Source of the DNA: Escherichia phage REP4
Length of the DNA: 64,000 bases
Reading direction: 5' to 3' (one strand)
Sequence record: OQ174503.1
Shown here: in pieces, positions 53,232 to 62,910 of the stretch
Layout of the letters: each line of letters starts with the position of its first letter
Position numbering within the stretch: position 1 is the stretch's first letter
The notes under the pieces: model-generated
Database searches by the model: none
Seen by the model: the letters and a program-made list of their open reading frames with translations, nothing else
Told to the model about the DNA's origin: nothing
Program-made: the position numbers and the translations under genes

Positions 53232-55928
53232 TCAGCCAAACAGGAAGTCTAACGAAGCTTTTTCTTCATAGTCCATACCCGCCGATTCACACATACCCGC
53301 AAGCGGTTTAACAAACGATTTTTGGAACAAAGTTGAGTAGTCAATCCAAGATAGTACGTCAGAACGAATTTCTTTTGGAAGTTCCGTACCCGATGGCCAA
53401 GCAATGCACTTGTCACCAAATGGATTTCCTTCACGTAATGGAAGAACCATTACCTTATTTCCATCCAAAATTGGAGCTACACCTAAACCACTAACAGCTC
53501 GACGATAAGTTAACACACCACGAATATGGAACGGGCATTTAAATCCTGGCCAACCTTTATCGTCATATTTCGCTATATCGTTCGCGGTTTTTACTTCAGC
53601 AATAACTTTATAGTCAAGTTGACGATATTCTTTCTCAAAGTTCTTGTAGTATTCTTGGACAGACTCTTCGCCTTCCTGAAGAATACGACGAATACTTTCT
53701 TCGAGAGCTTCTTGTACTGCTTTTGGTGTTGAACTCTGCTGAGTTTCCATACCCATGATTTTTAGATGTGGTTCAGCAAATCGCTTATCTTCCATATCAT
53801 AAACGTTCAGAGCATAACGTTTTTTCGCTTTCCAAAATCCACCAACACCCTTTGAACCAAGTGGAGGGCAAGAAATAGCTTCACGGTCCATATGCATCAG
53901 ATGCTCGCGATTATTCATATAATCACATAACTCACGATATGCAACATCAATCATAGGTTCCATCTTTTTCTTACCAAACTGATTCATGAATTCAACTAAA
54001 TCATTTTGTTCTTTAAAGCGGTCAAGACCTACTTTTTCAATTACTTTATCTACACAAACATATACCGAATCAGTATCACCTGCTGCGATGAAATCTTCAC
54101 CATTAGTTCCACACACTTTATTTAGATACTCATTAATTTTACGAGCAATCCACTGAATACCAACTTGACCGAAAATTGTGATAGCAGTAGCATTTCGCAA
54201 ATCATAGTAACGGAAATGAATATTACCAAGAGCACCATAAAGACTGTTAATAAGAATTTTACGGTTCAGCTGATTTGTGTTAGCAAGTGTAGCTGCTTTT
54301 TCACATTCTTCGATCAGACTATTGAGAACAGATTCGGTGTAATTTGATAGTTCATTTAAGAAATCATCACTGAACTTAACATATCGTTCAACTTCTGGTT
54401 TAGTTGAGCAAGACCCTGCACCTTTCATAATAATCTTTTTAATAGCTTCGGCATTCATTTCTTCAGCGAACATTTTCTTTTTCCAATCTTTACGCTGGAA
54501 AAATACTTTAGCGATTTCCTTTGGAATGATACCTTCTTGGTGCTTATCATACATCCATCCATTCGGAGAGCAAGAATATTCATCACTTGGCTTAGGAGCT
54601 GTTCCTGCGATATATTCATGAATTGGATGAACTTTAAACTGCCCACGAATAGTCTCAGGACTAATGTTAACCTGACGAATAATGCTAGGATACAGAGACG
54701 TCAAGTCAAAACTCATAATGTATCGACGAGCAATCGGTTTAGGTTCAAACACAAATGCACCTGGAAAACTCTGTTTAACGTGCGAACCTTGTTGAGGAAT
54801 AACCTTATGTTCACCTTTCAGTGAGTTAAAAATAATAGCATCCCAAGTTTTAATAGGACTCATTACACCAGAAAAAGGCATTTTAGCATAATAAGACATA
54901 CTTAAAACTAGATCGATAAACCCACGAATTTTATCAATTGCTTGAACTGATTCTACGTCAATGATGTTATAACTAATGTATCGTTGATGATTAGTCTCAC
55001 GAAGTTTATTAATAGGACCATCGTACGGCAATTTACCTTTTTTGGTTTCGTGCTGAGCAACTGATTCCAAAGAGAATGATGGCAAATTAGTAAATGCGAA
55101 TTTTTTGTACAAATCTAAATAATCAAGAATAGATACGCCATCAATCGAATAAATTTCTTTGCTACCGTACATATTTTGAATTAGTTTAGATTTTACTCGA
55201 CCGATTGGAGAGAAGCGTTTCATACTACGTTCACCGAGAACCATTTTAACACGGTTCATGATATACGGAACGTCAAATCCCTCAATATTCCAACCGGTAA
55301 AAATAGCAGGTCGTTTCTGTTCCCAGAGATTAATATATTCCATGAGCATATCACGCTCATTATCAAATGGCATATAAATTACTCGGTCAAGAATTTCTTG
55401 AGGAACTTCATCACCACCTTCACAGTCAAGTTTAGCAGCTAACTTTGCATCCCATTTTGATACTGAACCGTACATTGAATTCAACAAATCAAAGACGTAA
55501 AAACGGTCGTCAATTGAATCATAATGAGTGATAGCATCAATTTCATATTCTGCTTTCATTGGGTCAGGAAATTTATCACCAGTAACCTCAATGTCACAGT
55601 TAGCTACACGAACAAATTTTCGGTCATAAACAATTTCTGAACCATATGTATCACTGATATAAGCGAGTTTAAAATCGTTCATACCGAGAGCTTCGAGACC
55701 GATGTCTTCCATTCGTTTCATCCAATCTCGTGCATCTTTCATTGATGGAAATTTTTGAGGAGCACAGTTTTTACCATAAATGTCTTTGTATTTTGACTCT
55801 TCCTTACAGTGCCTAAACATAGTCGGAAGATATTCTACTTCACGGGTACGTTCCTTTCCGTTTTCATCAATGTAACGCTCAACAATGTTATTTCCGACTG
55901 TTTCGATAGAGATATAAAATTCTTTCAT
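53232..55928 (-). CDS. 43: DNA polymerase gp43 (family B), 898 aa
   Basis: ORF track; size identical to T4 gp43; exonuclease and polymerase motifs (DIEVTG, YGDTDS, KILINSLYG). Confidence 0.97.
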   Translation of the reverse strand: MKEFYISIETVGNNIVERYIDENGKERTREVEYLPTMFRHCKEESKYKDIYGKNCAPQKFPSMKDARDWMKRMEDIGLEALGMNDFKLAYISDTYGSEIVYDRKFVRVANCDIEVTGDKFPDPMKAEYEIDAITHYDSIDDRFYVFDLLNSMYGSVSKWDAKLAAKLDCEGGDEVPQEILDRVIYMPFDNERDMLMEYINLWEQKRPAIFTGWNIEGFDVPYIMNRVKMVLGERSMKRFSPIGRVKSKLIQNMYGSKEIYSIDGVSILDYLDLYKKFAFTNLPSFSLESVAQHETKKGKLPYDGPINKLRETNHQRYISYNIIDVESVQAIDKIRGFIDLVLSMSYYAKMPFSGVMSPIKTWDAIIFNSLKGEHKVIPQQGSHVKQSFPGAFVFEPKPIARRYIMSFDLTSLYPSIIRQVNISPETIRGQFKVHPIHEYIAGTAPKPSDEYSCSPNGWMYDKHQEGIIPKEIAKVFFQRKDWKKKMFAEEMNAEAIKKIIMKGAGSCSTKPEVERYVKFSDDFLNELSNYTESVLNSLIEECEKAATLANTNQLNRKILINSLYGALGNIHFRYYDLRNATAITIFGQVGIQWIARKINEYLNKVCGTNGEDFIAAGDTDSVYVCVDKVIEKVGLDRFKEQNDLVEFMNQFGKKKMEPMIDVAYRELCDYMNNREHLMHMDREAISCPPLGSKGVGGFWKAKKRYALNVYDMEDKRFAEPHLKIMGMETQQSSTPKAVQEALEESIRRILQEGEESVQEYYKNFEKEYRQLDYKVIAEVKTANDIAKYDDKGWPGFKCPFHIRGVLTYRRAVSGLGVAPILDGNKVMVLPLREGNPFGDKCIAWPSGTELPKEIRSDVLSWIDYSTLFQKSFVKPLAGMCESAGMDYEEKASLDFLFG

Positions 55929-55967
55929 AGATATTCCTTAGTTTATAGCCCGAGTTATTAGGCTCTT
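55929..55967 (-). promoter_or_regulatory. Gene 43 translational operator hairpin (autoregulation site)
   Basis: mRNA leader GAGCCUAAUAACUCGGGCUAUAAACUAAGGAAUAUCUAUG contains the hairpin just upstream of the SD, as described for T4 gp43 autoregulation. Confidence 0.6.
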
Positions 55968-55986
55968 GATATATTATACTCCAAAT

Positions 55987-56004
55987 AAGGGGCCGAAGCC
56001 CCTT
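55987..56004 (-). terminator. Hairpin AAGGGGC-TTCG-GCCCCTT between the 78-aa ORF and the gene 43 promoter
   Basis: Perfect 7-bp stem; a -10 TATAAT for gene 43 follows 9 nt downstream. Confidence 0.6.
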
Positions 56005-56008
56005 TGCT

Positions 56009-56245
56009 TTAAATTTCTATTGTACGACGCGATATAACGGACTTGCCATCTTTATTTGTGGTTTTGATAATCGCATGAAATGCGAGCTGGTGCGGGTAAA
56101 CTAATCGTTGGAATTCTTTTTGGAATTCTATTTGTTTATCTTCCGGGAGGTCAAAAACCAGTTGGGTAGAAGACAGACCATATGTATGTTTTAGATTTTC
56201 GAATATTAGAAAAGCTTCGGTAAACTGAATCTCTGATTGCGTCAT
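56009..56245 (-). CDS. Hypothetical 78-aa protein between regA and 43
   Basis: ORF track 56009..56266 shortened to ATG at MTQSEIQFTEAF with RBS AAGG just after regA stop. Confidence 0.55.
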   Translation of the reverse strand: MTQSEIQFTEAFLIFENLKHTYGLSSTQLVFDLPEDKQIEFQKEFQRLVYPHQLAFHAIIKTTNKDGKSVISRRTIEI

Positions 56246-56255
56246 ATAATTTGCC

Positions 56256-56624
56256 TTAATTACCAATCGTATATTTAGGAACGAGTTTCCATTCGTGTTT
56301 TTGTTTAAAAGAAATAACTCGGAAGTTATTGGTTAAATCTTTCATAAAAGTTCTTTGACCAGGAACGATTTCAATCAGCCCCCAATCTTCTAACAGCCAC
56401 GCAATCGAATCACGACGAACTTCATCTTCTTCTGTCATTTCAACCTGACGGCCATCCATACGAAGCATTTCTTTAAAATGAACGATATAGTATAGTCCTT
56501 TTTTCTGGAGAATGTGGCAGGACTGATACAGAACTTTATCTTTATTATTAGCAATTCCCATACGAGTCAAAGTTTCTTTTACTTTCAGAAAATCTTCAGG
56601 TTTTTTAAGAGTAATTTCAATCAT
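56256..56624 (-). CDS. regA: Translational repressor RegA, 122 aa
   Basis: ORF track; size and position (downstream of 62) as T4 RegA. Confidence 0.88.
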   Translation of the reverse strand: MIEITLKKPEDFLKVKETLTRMGIANNKDKVLYQSCHILQKKGLYYIVHFKEMLRMDGRQVEMTEEDEVRRDSIAWLLEDWGLIEIVPGQRTFMKDLTNNFRVISFKQKHEWKLVPKYTIGN

Positions 56625-56625
56625 T

Positions 56626-57189
56626 TTACCATTCCAATGCTAGTTTTTTGAGTTGTTTCTGTTCTTTTACATTCTTAGTCACTTCTTTTAAAAAATCATC
56701 CGTGACTAAACCTTTTAGTTCTTTTAATACTAAAGGAAGTTTTCCATTTTTAGTAAGAATTGATTTATAGTTAATTGCATCATTTGTATTAACTTGATAC
56801 CGCTTAGCAAGTAACTTAATAATCAATACTTCAGTAGAATCTTCGACCAGTTTTGCCCATTTACCATATCTTTTACCCCGAGGAACAGCAGCCATCAGGT
56901 AATTAAAATGGGCTTCATCGCTTAAACCTGATCCAATTAAATTCATAGCATATACAGCTGGCATGCATTCAGGAAATTGTGATAATGCATTCTCAACCAT
57001 GTATTTTGAATAATCTTTTTGAGCAATAGAACATTTAGTTTTATTATTAATAGCTCCAATTATTTCAAAAAACTCATTTTCAGCTTTTTCTTTAAAAGAA
57101 TCAGCAGCAGATTGGACAGCTGTCCAATCTTTTGAATACCAAGCAACTTGATGCTCGTTTAATTGAATATCATCTTCAAATAAGCTCAT
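56626..57189 (-). CDS. 62: Clamp loader small subunit gp62, 187 aa
   Basis: ORF track 56626..57210 shortened to ATG at [22 protein letters not shown]; overlaps gene 44 stop. Confidence 0.92.
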   Translation of the reverse strand: MSLFEDDIQLNEHQVAWYSKDWTAVQSAADSFKEKAENEFFEIIGAINNKTKCSIAQKDYSKYMVENALSQFPECMPAVYAMNLIGSGLSDEAHFNYLMAAVPRGKRYGKWAKLVEDSTEVLIIKLLAKRYQVNTNDAINYKSILTKNGKLPLVLKELKGLVTDDFLKEVTKNVKEQKQLKKLALEW

Positions 57190-57190
57190 A

Positions 57191-58150
57191 TCACTTCCAC
57201 TGCATTTCACATGCCAATTGAATGAAAAGATATGCTAAATGTAATTCAGTATTAGCCGCAATTCCATGATACTGGTTATTTTCACCAACAATTTCATACA
57301 TACGAATAATACTTTGCGGAGTTACGCGTGTATAGATTTCTTCAGCAAGTTTACCAACGAACCACGAATAATCAGCCGCATATTTTGGTGCTAAAGCTCT
57401 GAGTTGTTTAACATCTTTATTTTTGAGAGACTCAAGAACATCATCAATAGCACCACGATCGTTAGTAACCAGTGATAAAATACCAGCATCCAAAACACCT
57501 TTAGATGAATAACTATCGAGCTCACCAATAGTTTTACGAAAATCAGGAAAATTCTTTTTAACCAAAGCTGCTACAACTTTCATATCAGCTATAGCAATTC
57601 CTTCATGCTTACAGATTTCAGTCAATCGACGAATCATCTGCTTCATCATTTCAATTTTATCTTCATCGGTCGGTTGACCGAACGTAATAACTCGACAGCG
57701 TGACTGAAGTGGTTTAATAATACCATCAATATTGTTAGCAGTAATAATAATACTACAGTTTGAACTATAAGCTTCCATAAAGGAACGAAGATGTCGCTGA
57801 GACTCTGCTAATCCTGAACGGTCAAATTCATCAATAACGATTACTTTTTGACGACCATCAAATGAAGCTGCACTGGCAAAATTAGTCAAAGGACCACGAA
57901 CGAAATCAATTTTACAATCTGATCCATTCACAAACATCATATCAGCATTTACATCATGACACAATGCTTTTGCTACAGTTGTTTTACCTGTTCCTGGAGA
58001 AGGAGAATGAAGAATAATATGTGGAATCTTACCTTTACTTGTAATAGATTTAAAGGTTTCTTTATCAAAGGCGGGAAGAATACATTCATCGATAGTAGAT
58101 GGACGATATTTCTGTTCAAGAATGTGTTCTTTTTCATTTACAGTAATCAT
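57191..58150 (-). CDS. 44: Clamp loader large subunit gp44 (AAA+ ATPase), 319 aa
   Basis: ORF track 57191..58165 shortened to ATG at [17 protein letters not shown]; Walker [11 protein letters not shown]. Confidence 0.94.
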   Translation of the reverse strand: MITVNEKEHILEQKYRPSTIDECILPAFDKETFKSITSKGKIPHIILHSPSPGTGKTTVAKALCHDVNADMMFVNGSDCKIDFVRGPLTNFASAASFDGRQKVIVIDEFDRSGLAESQRHLRSFMEAYSSNCSIIITANNIDGIIKPLQSRCRVITFGQPTDEDKIEMMKQMIRRLTEICKHEGIAIADMKVVAALVKKNFPDFRKTIGELDSYSSKGVLDAGILSLVTNDRGAIDDVLESLKNKDVKQLRALAPKYAADYSWFVGKLAEEIYTRVTPQSIIRMYEIVGENNQYHGIAANTELHLAYLFIQLACEMQWK

Positions 58151-58184
58151 AATTTCCTCATTCAAGTTTTAGTGTAAATTATAA

Positions 58185-58198
58185 AGGGCCGAAGCCCT
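58185..58198 (-). terminator. Hairpin AGGGC-TTCG-GCCCT between 45 and 44
   Basis: GC stem with tetraloop and U-rich tail on the minus strand, 4 nt after gene 45 stop; probably partial, since 44 follows. Confidence 0.55.
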
Positions 58199-58201
58199 CT
58201 A

Positions 58202-58888
58202 TTAAAAGTCGTGGGTAGAATCAGCTTCAAGAGCTACTACATAATTCGCGTGTTCACCTTCAAATTTAGCAGCGCCTTGTTTACCTTTTGCCCAGAGCAG
58301 AAGTTTATAATTTCCTGGTTGCATTTTCATATTTGCCATATTGATAATGAAATTAAATGTATTTTCACCATCATAATCACCAAGAGTCAAAGAATATTTA
58401 ACACGAGTCAAAGCAGAATCTTCTACTTTATTAAAACCGTTAATTACGATTTTACCTTCTTTTACTGTGATAGCAATTGTATCAATCTGCAGACCGCGAG
58501 ATACACGCAACAGCTGTTGAAGGTCTTCAGCTTTAATTTCGGTAACAACAGATGCTACCGGGAATGGAATTGGTTTATTAGGAGCAACTACTGTACTCGG
58601 ATCGGCTGCTGGCCAAAAAATTGTTGAACGAGCATCAGCAATTTTAATATTTCCATCTTCTGACTGGGAAATTTCTGCATCGTCATTAACTAGGGACAGA
58701 ATACCGAGAAAACCGTTCAAATCGTAAATTGCTACATCAAAATCAATAGTGTCAGAAATATTTGCTTCCGCATAAGTTGTACCATTAACTGCGCGAGTCA
58801 TAATAAATTGACCGGATTTAAGCATAATACCAGAGTTAATAGTAGCGAAATTTTTAAGCAGAGCAGTAGTATCTTTAGACAGTTTCAT
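58202..58888 (-). CDS. 45: Sliding clamp gp45, 228 aa
   Basis: ORF track; size identical to T4 gp45; N-terminus MKLSKDTTALLKNFATINSGIMLKSGQFIMTRAVNGTTYAEANISD. Confidence 0.96.
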   Translation of the reverse strand: MKLSKDTTALLKNFATINSGIMLKSGQFIMTRAVNGTTYAEANISDTIDFDVAIYDLNGFLGILSLVNDDAEISQSEDGNIKIADARSTIFWPAADPSTVVAPNKPIPFPVASVVTEIKAEDLQQLLRVSRGLQIDTIAITVKEGKIVINGFNKVEDSALTRVKYSLTLGDYDGENTFNFIINMANMKMQPGNYKLLLWAKGKQGAAKFEGEHANYVVALEADSTHDF

Positions 58889-58943
58889 GTAATTTCCTTC
58901 AATTCAAATGAGATTTAATTTTATAACTAATTTAATAAAGCAA

Positions 58944-59333
58944 TTAACGATTAAAATCAGCAGCAATTGTTTCCGCAACAATTTGAGCAGCAACAATTAG
59001 ACGTTCATCTGCATTACCGCAATAACCATCTTCAAGGCGTTCACCACATGAAGTCATAATAAATTTAGCGCCAGCATTTAGAGATTCTGCCGTATGTTTG
59101 CGCATCAGTTCAATCCATTTATCACTCACTTCACGATCGATAGCTTCATAATACGCATGACGAGCAGGTGCAGATTTAATTTTGTTCTGAATAACTTCCA
59201 TTGCGTTATCAGAAAGAGACAAAACCCATGCTCGACGAATTTTATTTTGGTTTTGCGGATTTGATTCAGAACGCACGTGTTTTGGCTGAATATCTTTTAC
59301 ATCAACAGTATAATTCACAGTAATTTTAGTCAT
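58944..59333 (-). CDS. rpbA: RNA polymerase binding protein RpbA, 129 aa
   Basis: ORF track; size and position (between 45 and 46) as T4 RpbA. Confidence 0.8.
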   Translation of the reverse strand: MTKITVNYTVDVKDIQPKHVRSESNPQNQNKIRRAWVLSLSDNAMEVIQNKIKSAPARHAYYEAIDREVSDKWIELMRKHTAESLNAGAKFIMTSCGERLEDGYCGNADERLIVAAQIVAETIAADFNR

Positions 59334-59342
59334 AATACACCT

Positions 59343-59531
59343 TTAGTCATAATAATCAGTAACAGTCCAAGCTTCATTTCTGTTGGACATTATTTTCGTA
59401 TATTCTGATTTAAATGCATTCTTAAGCATAGATTCAGTAACTATATGCTCTTCATTAGAAAAATTATTTCTCAGAATATATCGTTTTATTTCAGGAATAG
59501 TTAATAGATGCTGTCCAGTTGAATATTCCAT
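59343..59531 (-). CDS. 45.2: Hypothetical 62-aa protein
   Basis: ORF track; position and size of T4 45.2. Confidence 0.55.
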   Translation of the reverse strand: MEYSTGQHLLTIPEIKRYILRNNFSNEEHIVTESMLKNAFKSEYTKIMSNRNEAWTVTDYYD

Positions 59532-59586
59532 GTTTTTCCTCCATAGAGATTATACTCTAATAAATTAAAGCATAATCTCTTATAAA

Positions 59587-61269
59587 TTAAACCATTACAG
59601 TAAATCGACCAACTTTCTTCATTTGAAGATGCTGACCATATGCTTGTGGGTCATGGTCTCTATGTGAAATAACAAAAACATTAGTATTTTTTAAACTATC
59701 TAAAATAGTTGAAATAGCTTTTACACCTTCAACATCGGTTGCTGAATCAAAAACTTCATCAAGAATTAGTGTGTTTATTTTAACACCTGAAACTTTTTCA
59801 GCAATATCACGCCAAGTAAATAAAAGAGCAATATCAATTCGTGCTTTTTCACCTTGACTAAATGAAGCATAACTAAAATCTTCACGACCACGGGATTTAA
59901 TTGTCTCATTAAATTCTTCATCTAATGTAAACACATAATCCGCTTCCATTATTTTAAGATAATGGTTAATCTGCTTATTAAATAATGGAATGTACTTTTT
60001 AATAATAGCACCTTTAATACCAGAATCTTTGAGCATATCAGTCAAAATTCCTCTATGGTATTTTTCCATTACTAAATTAGTTTTTGTCTTAACAATTTTA
60101 TCAAGTTCTTCTTGAAGCAGTGCTATTTCATCAGCATGGTCAATAAACTCGGATGATGCTTTTTCTATAGCTGCTTTAACTTTTTTAGCTTTATCTACCG
60201 TCGTGATTAGAGATTGCTTTTTATTGCGAATATCATTTGCCAACGTCTGCTGGGTTTTAATATTATCTCGGTATTCATCAACAAGAACTTTTAAATTATC
60301 ACGATGTGTTGAAAGCTGTTCAAATGAATGCGTGCATTCAGAAACTTTATCTTTAATTTTAGAAACAACTTTATCACCGGAACTTAATTGTGACAAACAG
60401 GTTGGACATAATCCACCTTCGTGATACATATTAATAACTTTATTATACGAGTCAATTTTTGATTTAATTAAAAATGCTTCTTGACCGATTTTATTAAATG
60501 CATCAGTCGGGTCTTCATCCAAAACAATATTAACTAATCTTTCATTAGCTTCTTCTATTTCCGATTTTAGCGTTCTAGCTTCTTTTGCTAAATCATCATA
60601 CATATTCTGTAGACGAGTAAGGTTATCACCAGTTAATTTTTTCTGGCGTTCAACGTTATCATTATATATTTTAATTTGCTGGATAATACTATCTTTTTTA
60701 ACATCAAGCACTTGGTTTTGTGAATTTAATTCACGTATTAGTGCTTTATTAAGCTTATCCATTTCAGCTAATGTTCCTACCTCAAGCAGGTCTTCCACAA
60801 GCTTTCTTCGCGCAGGGGTCGACAAACCCATGAAAGGGGTATACCCTGCTGTACCAAGGACAACAATCTGCTTGAAACTGGCATATGACATTCCGATAAG
60901 CTGTTCAAATTCTGCTTGGAAATCTTTACTGCTGGCAGATTCATTAAGACGTGTACCGTTAACGGTGATTTCAAAAACATTCGGTTTTTGTCCTCTTTTG
61001 ATATAGTACTTTTTCTCGTCATATTCCATCCACAGTTCAACTAAAAGTTCTTTCTTATTTGTACTGTTTATTAATTGGCCTTTCTTTACATCACGGAATG
61101 GCTTGCCAAAAAGCCCAAATGTGATGGCTTCTAACATAGTAGACTTACCACCACCATTTCGTCCAGTAATAAGAGTTTTTTGAACCTTATCTAATTGAAT
61201 GTCAATAGGATTTCCACCTACTGACATTATATTTTGATACCTAACTCGGTTTAGTTTAAAATTCTTCAC
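59587..61269 (-). CDS. 46: Recombination endonuclease subunit gp46 (Rad50/SbcC-like ATPase), 560 aa
   Basis: ORF track; size identical to T4 gp46; Walker A GRNGGGKST, CPTC zinc hook, signature SQGE, Walker B LILDE. Confidence 0.96.
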   Translation of the reverse strand: MKNFKLNRVRYQNIMSVGGNPIDIQLDKVQKTLITGRNGGGKSTMLEAITFGLFGKPFRDVKKGQLINSTNKKELLVELWMEYDEKKYYIKRGQKPNVFEITVNGTRLNESASSKDFQAEFEQLIGMSYASFKQIVVLGTAGYTPFMGLSTPARRKLVEDLLEVGTLAEMDKLNKALIRELNSQNQVLDVKKDSIIQQIKIYNDNVERQKKLTGDNLTRLQNMYDDLAKEARTLKSEIEEANERLVNIVLDEDPTDAFNKIGQEAFLIKSKIDSYNKVINMYHEGGLCPTCLSQLSSGDKVVSKIKDKVSECTHSFEQLSTHRDNLKVLVDEYRDNIKTQQTLANDIRNKKQSLITTVDKAKKVKAAIEKASSEFIDHADEIALLQEELDKIVKTKTNLVMEKYHRGILTDMLKDSGIKGAIIKKYIPLFNKQINHYLKIMEADYVFTLDEEFNETIKSRGREDFSYASFSQGEKARIDIALLFTWRDIAEKVSGVKINTLILDEVFDSATDVEGVKAISTILDSLKNTNVFVISHRDHDPQAYGQHLQMKKVGRFTVMV

Positions 61270-61529
61270 AAAAGATTCCTTTTAATGTATCTTTTAGACC
61301 ATTCTATCATATCATCATAATCTAAAAAGTATTCATCAAATTCAGCCATGCAAACAACACCTTGTGCTGCTTTTGATGTGATATAAATTATTCCAACATA
61401 TCTAGAATCTTCTTCGGTGTAATCAATATTTGCTATGAATTCATCGTTAATGTCAAATGTCGAAAACTTCACAGTATGCATCCTTAATACAAGATACAGC
61501 CATATCTTGTAATGATTTAGGTGTGTCAT
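61266..61529 (-). CDS. Hypothetical 87-aa protein (46.1 position); start uncertain
   Basis: ORF track; overlaps the next ORF by up to 77 nt, an internal ATG (MHTVKF) would shorten it. Confidence 0.45.
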   Translation of the reverse strand: MTHLNHYKIWLYLVLRMHTVKFSTFDINDEFIANIDYTEEDSRYVGIIYITSKAAQGVVCMAEFDEYFLDYDDMIEWSKRYIKRNLL

Positions 61530-61716
61530 TATCTAAAATGTTGAAGTTAAAAGATACAGCCCAGTCAGTGCAGACCGTAACCTTTTTAATACAATTATCT
61601 TCAACCTCTAGCGGTTCAAACCAATATTCAATAATTTCTTTATGCCCAATATCATCTTTTACTTCGCATTCAAAATGCTGACTCATCATAACATTTTTAA
61701 ATTCATCAAAAGTCAT
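61453..61716 (-). CDS. Hypothetical 87-aa protein (46.2 position)
   Basis: ORF track; ATGA overlap with gene 47 stop. Confidence 0.55.
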   Translation of the reverse strand: MTFDEFKNVMMSQHFECEVKDDIGHKEIIEYWFEPLEVEDNCIKKVTVCTDWAVSFNFNILDNDTPKSLQDMAVSCIKDAYCEVFDI

Positions 61717-62732
61717 TGTGTTGCCTCTACATATAACTGATTTGCATATTGAATAAGTGCTTCGCGGTCAGAATCAGTGATGTCTGGAATTGCATTAATA
61801 TATTCTTCCATCAACGTTTGAAGAGATTGAACTTCAACTTCTTCACTATCATCTGACTCGACAGAGTTATCAATCTTTGACACAACTCGTAATGAATGCA
61901 CAACTTTTTCTAGTTCAGATTCGAACTTCGTTAGATTTTTGTCTACTTCAGTTACTATAACACGCACTGATAGATTTGTAAAATCTTTATAGTCAATTTT
62001 TCCCTTAAATGGATATTGAATTCGACGATGCCAGGTGGTGTTGTTTGGAATAAATTCCATTCGTTCTGTTTCTGTATCAAACATCCAGAACCCGCGAGGG
62101 TCATTCTCGTCACCTGCAGTTAGTGTCCATGGTGTCCCAATATATCTGACGTTAGCAGCCTCAGAGATAGTATGGAAGTGACCAGACCACACCTCTTTAT
62201 AAGTCTTAAGGAAATCAGGTTCAAGACCGTGAGATTTCATTCCTTTATAAAAATAAAATCCATTCAGTTCCCAGTGACCAACACAAAAAGAAGCAGATGA
62301 AGTTTTGATGTGTTCAAGAATTTCACCAGTATTTTCTTCGCACATCCAAGGAATTAAATCAATCAAACATCCGTCAAAATCTACTGTAGTAGGCTTATCA
62401 TATACTTTAACATTAGGATATTTAGCCAAAAGCTCAGTAGAAGCATTTGGAGTTAAAGTATTTTTAAAGTGCATATCATGGTTTCCTACAACAGTATGTA
62501 GGGTAATACCAGCATCATCAAGCATTTGAACTATTTCACGTGCGAACTCCATAGTTTTATGCGTGATTGCTTTTCGCACATCAAAAATATCACCGTATTG
62601 AATCCATGTAGTAATTCCATTTTTCTTAGAATATTCTATCGCCTGCTTAATTCCATCCAACTGGATTGATTGAACCCACTCATCATCGGCTTTAACACCT
62701 AAATGCCAATCACCTAAATTTAAAATTTTCAT
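61713..62732 (-). CDS. 47: Recombination endonuclease subunit gp47 (Mre11/SbcD-like nuclease), 339 aa
   Basis: ORF track; size identical to T4 gp47; phosphoesterase motifs (GDWHLG, GDIFD, GNHD). Confidence 0.96.
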   Translation of the reverse strand: MKILNLGDWHLGVKADDEWVQSIQLDGIKQAIEYSKKNGITTWIQYGDIFDVRKAITHKTMEFAREIVQMLDDAGITLHTVVGNHDMHFKNTLTPNASTELLAKYPNVKVYDKPTTVDFDGCLIDLIPWMCEENTGEILEHIKTSSASFCVGHWELNGFYFYKGMKSHGLEPDFLKTYKEVWSGHFHTISEAANVRYIGTPWTLTAGDENDPRGFWMFDTETERMEFIPNNTTWHRRIQYPFKGKIDYKDFTNLSVRVIVTEVDKNLTKFESELEKVVHSLRVVSKIDNSVESDDSEEVEVQSLQTLMEEYINAIPDITDSDREALIQYANQLYVEATQ

Positions 62733-62869
62733 ATATCAAGAACCGTCATTGAAATGCAAAATAAAATTATTGAAATAAATCCATCTGGAGTGCTAAAGAA
62801 CCCAATCCAACATGCTCTAGTGAATAGATAAAACGCCAGAAAAAGTATCACATATCCAAGAAATATCAT
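62729..62869 (-). CDS. Hypothetical 46-aa membrane peptide translationally coupled to gene 47 (not in ORF track)
   Basis: Manual translation MIFLGYVILFLAFYLFTRACWIGFFSTPDGFISIILFCISMTVLDI; its stop overlaps gene 47 ATG (ATGA). Confidence 0.4.
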   Translation of the reverse strand: MIFLGYVILFLAFYLFTRACWIGFFSTPDGFISIILFCISMTVLDI

Positions 62870-62892
62870 TATATCAAACTCCGTATAAAGCT

Positions 62893-62910
62893 AAAGGGCC
62901 GAAGCCCTTT
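62893..62910 (-). terminator. Hairpin AAAGGGC-TTCG-GCCCTTT overlapping a-gt stop
   Basis: Perfect 7-bp stem with tetraloop and U-rich tail on the minus strand. Confidence 0.6.

Noticed and set aside
53249-53434. 61-aa minus-strand ORF overlapping the 3-prime end of gene 43 in another frame
   Set aside because: Fully nested in the gene 43 coding region; no RBS; likely chance frame.
60777-61040. 87-aa alternative-frame ORF inside gene 46
   Set aside because: Nested in conserved gp46 coding sequence; no independent start signal.
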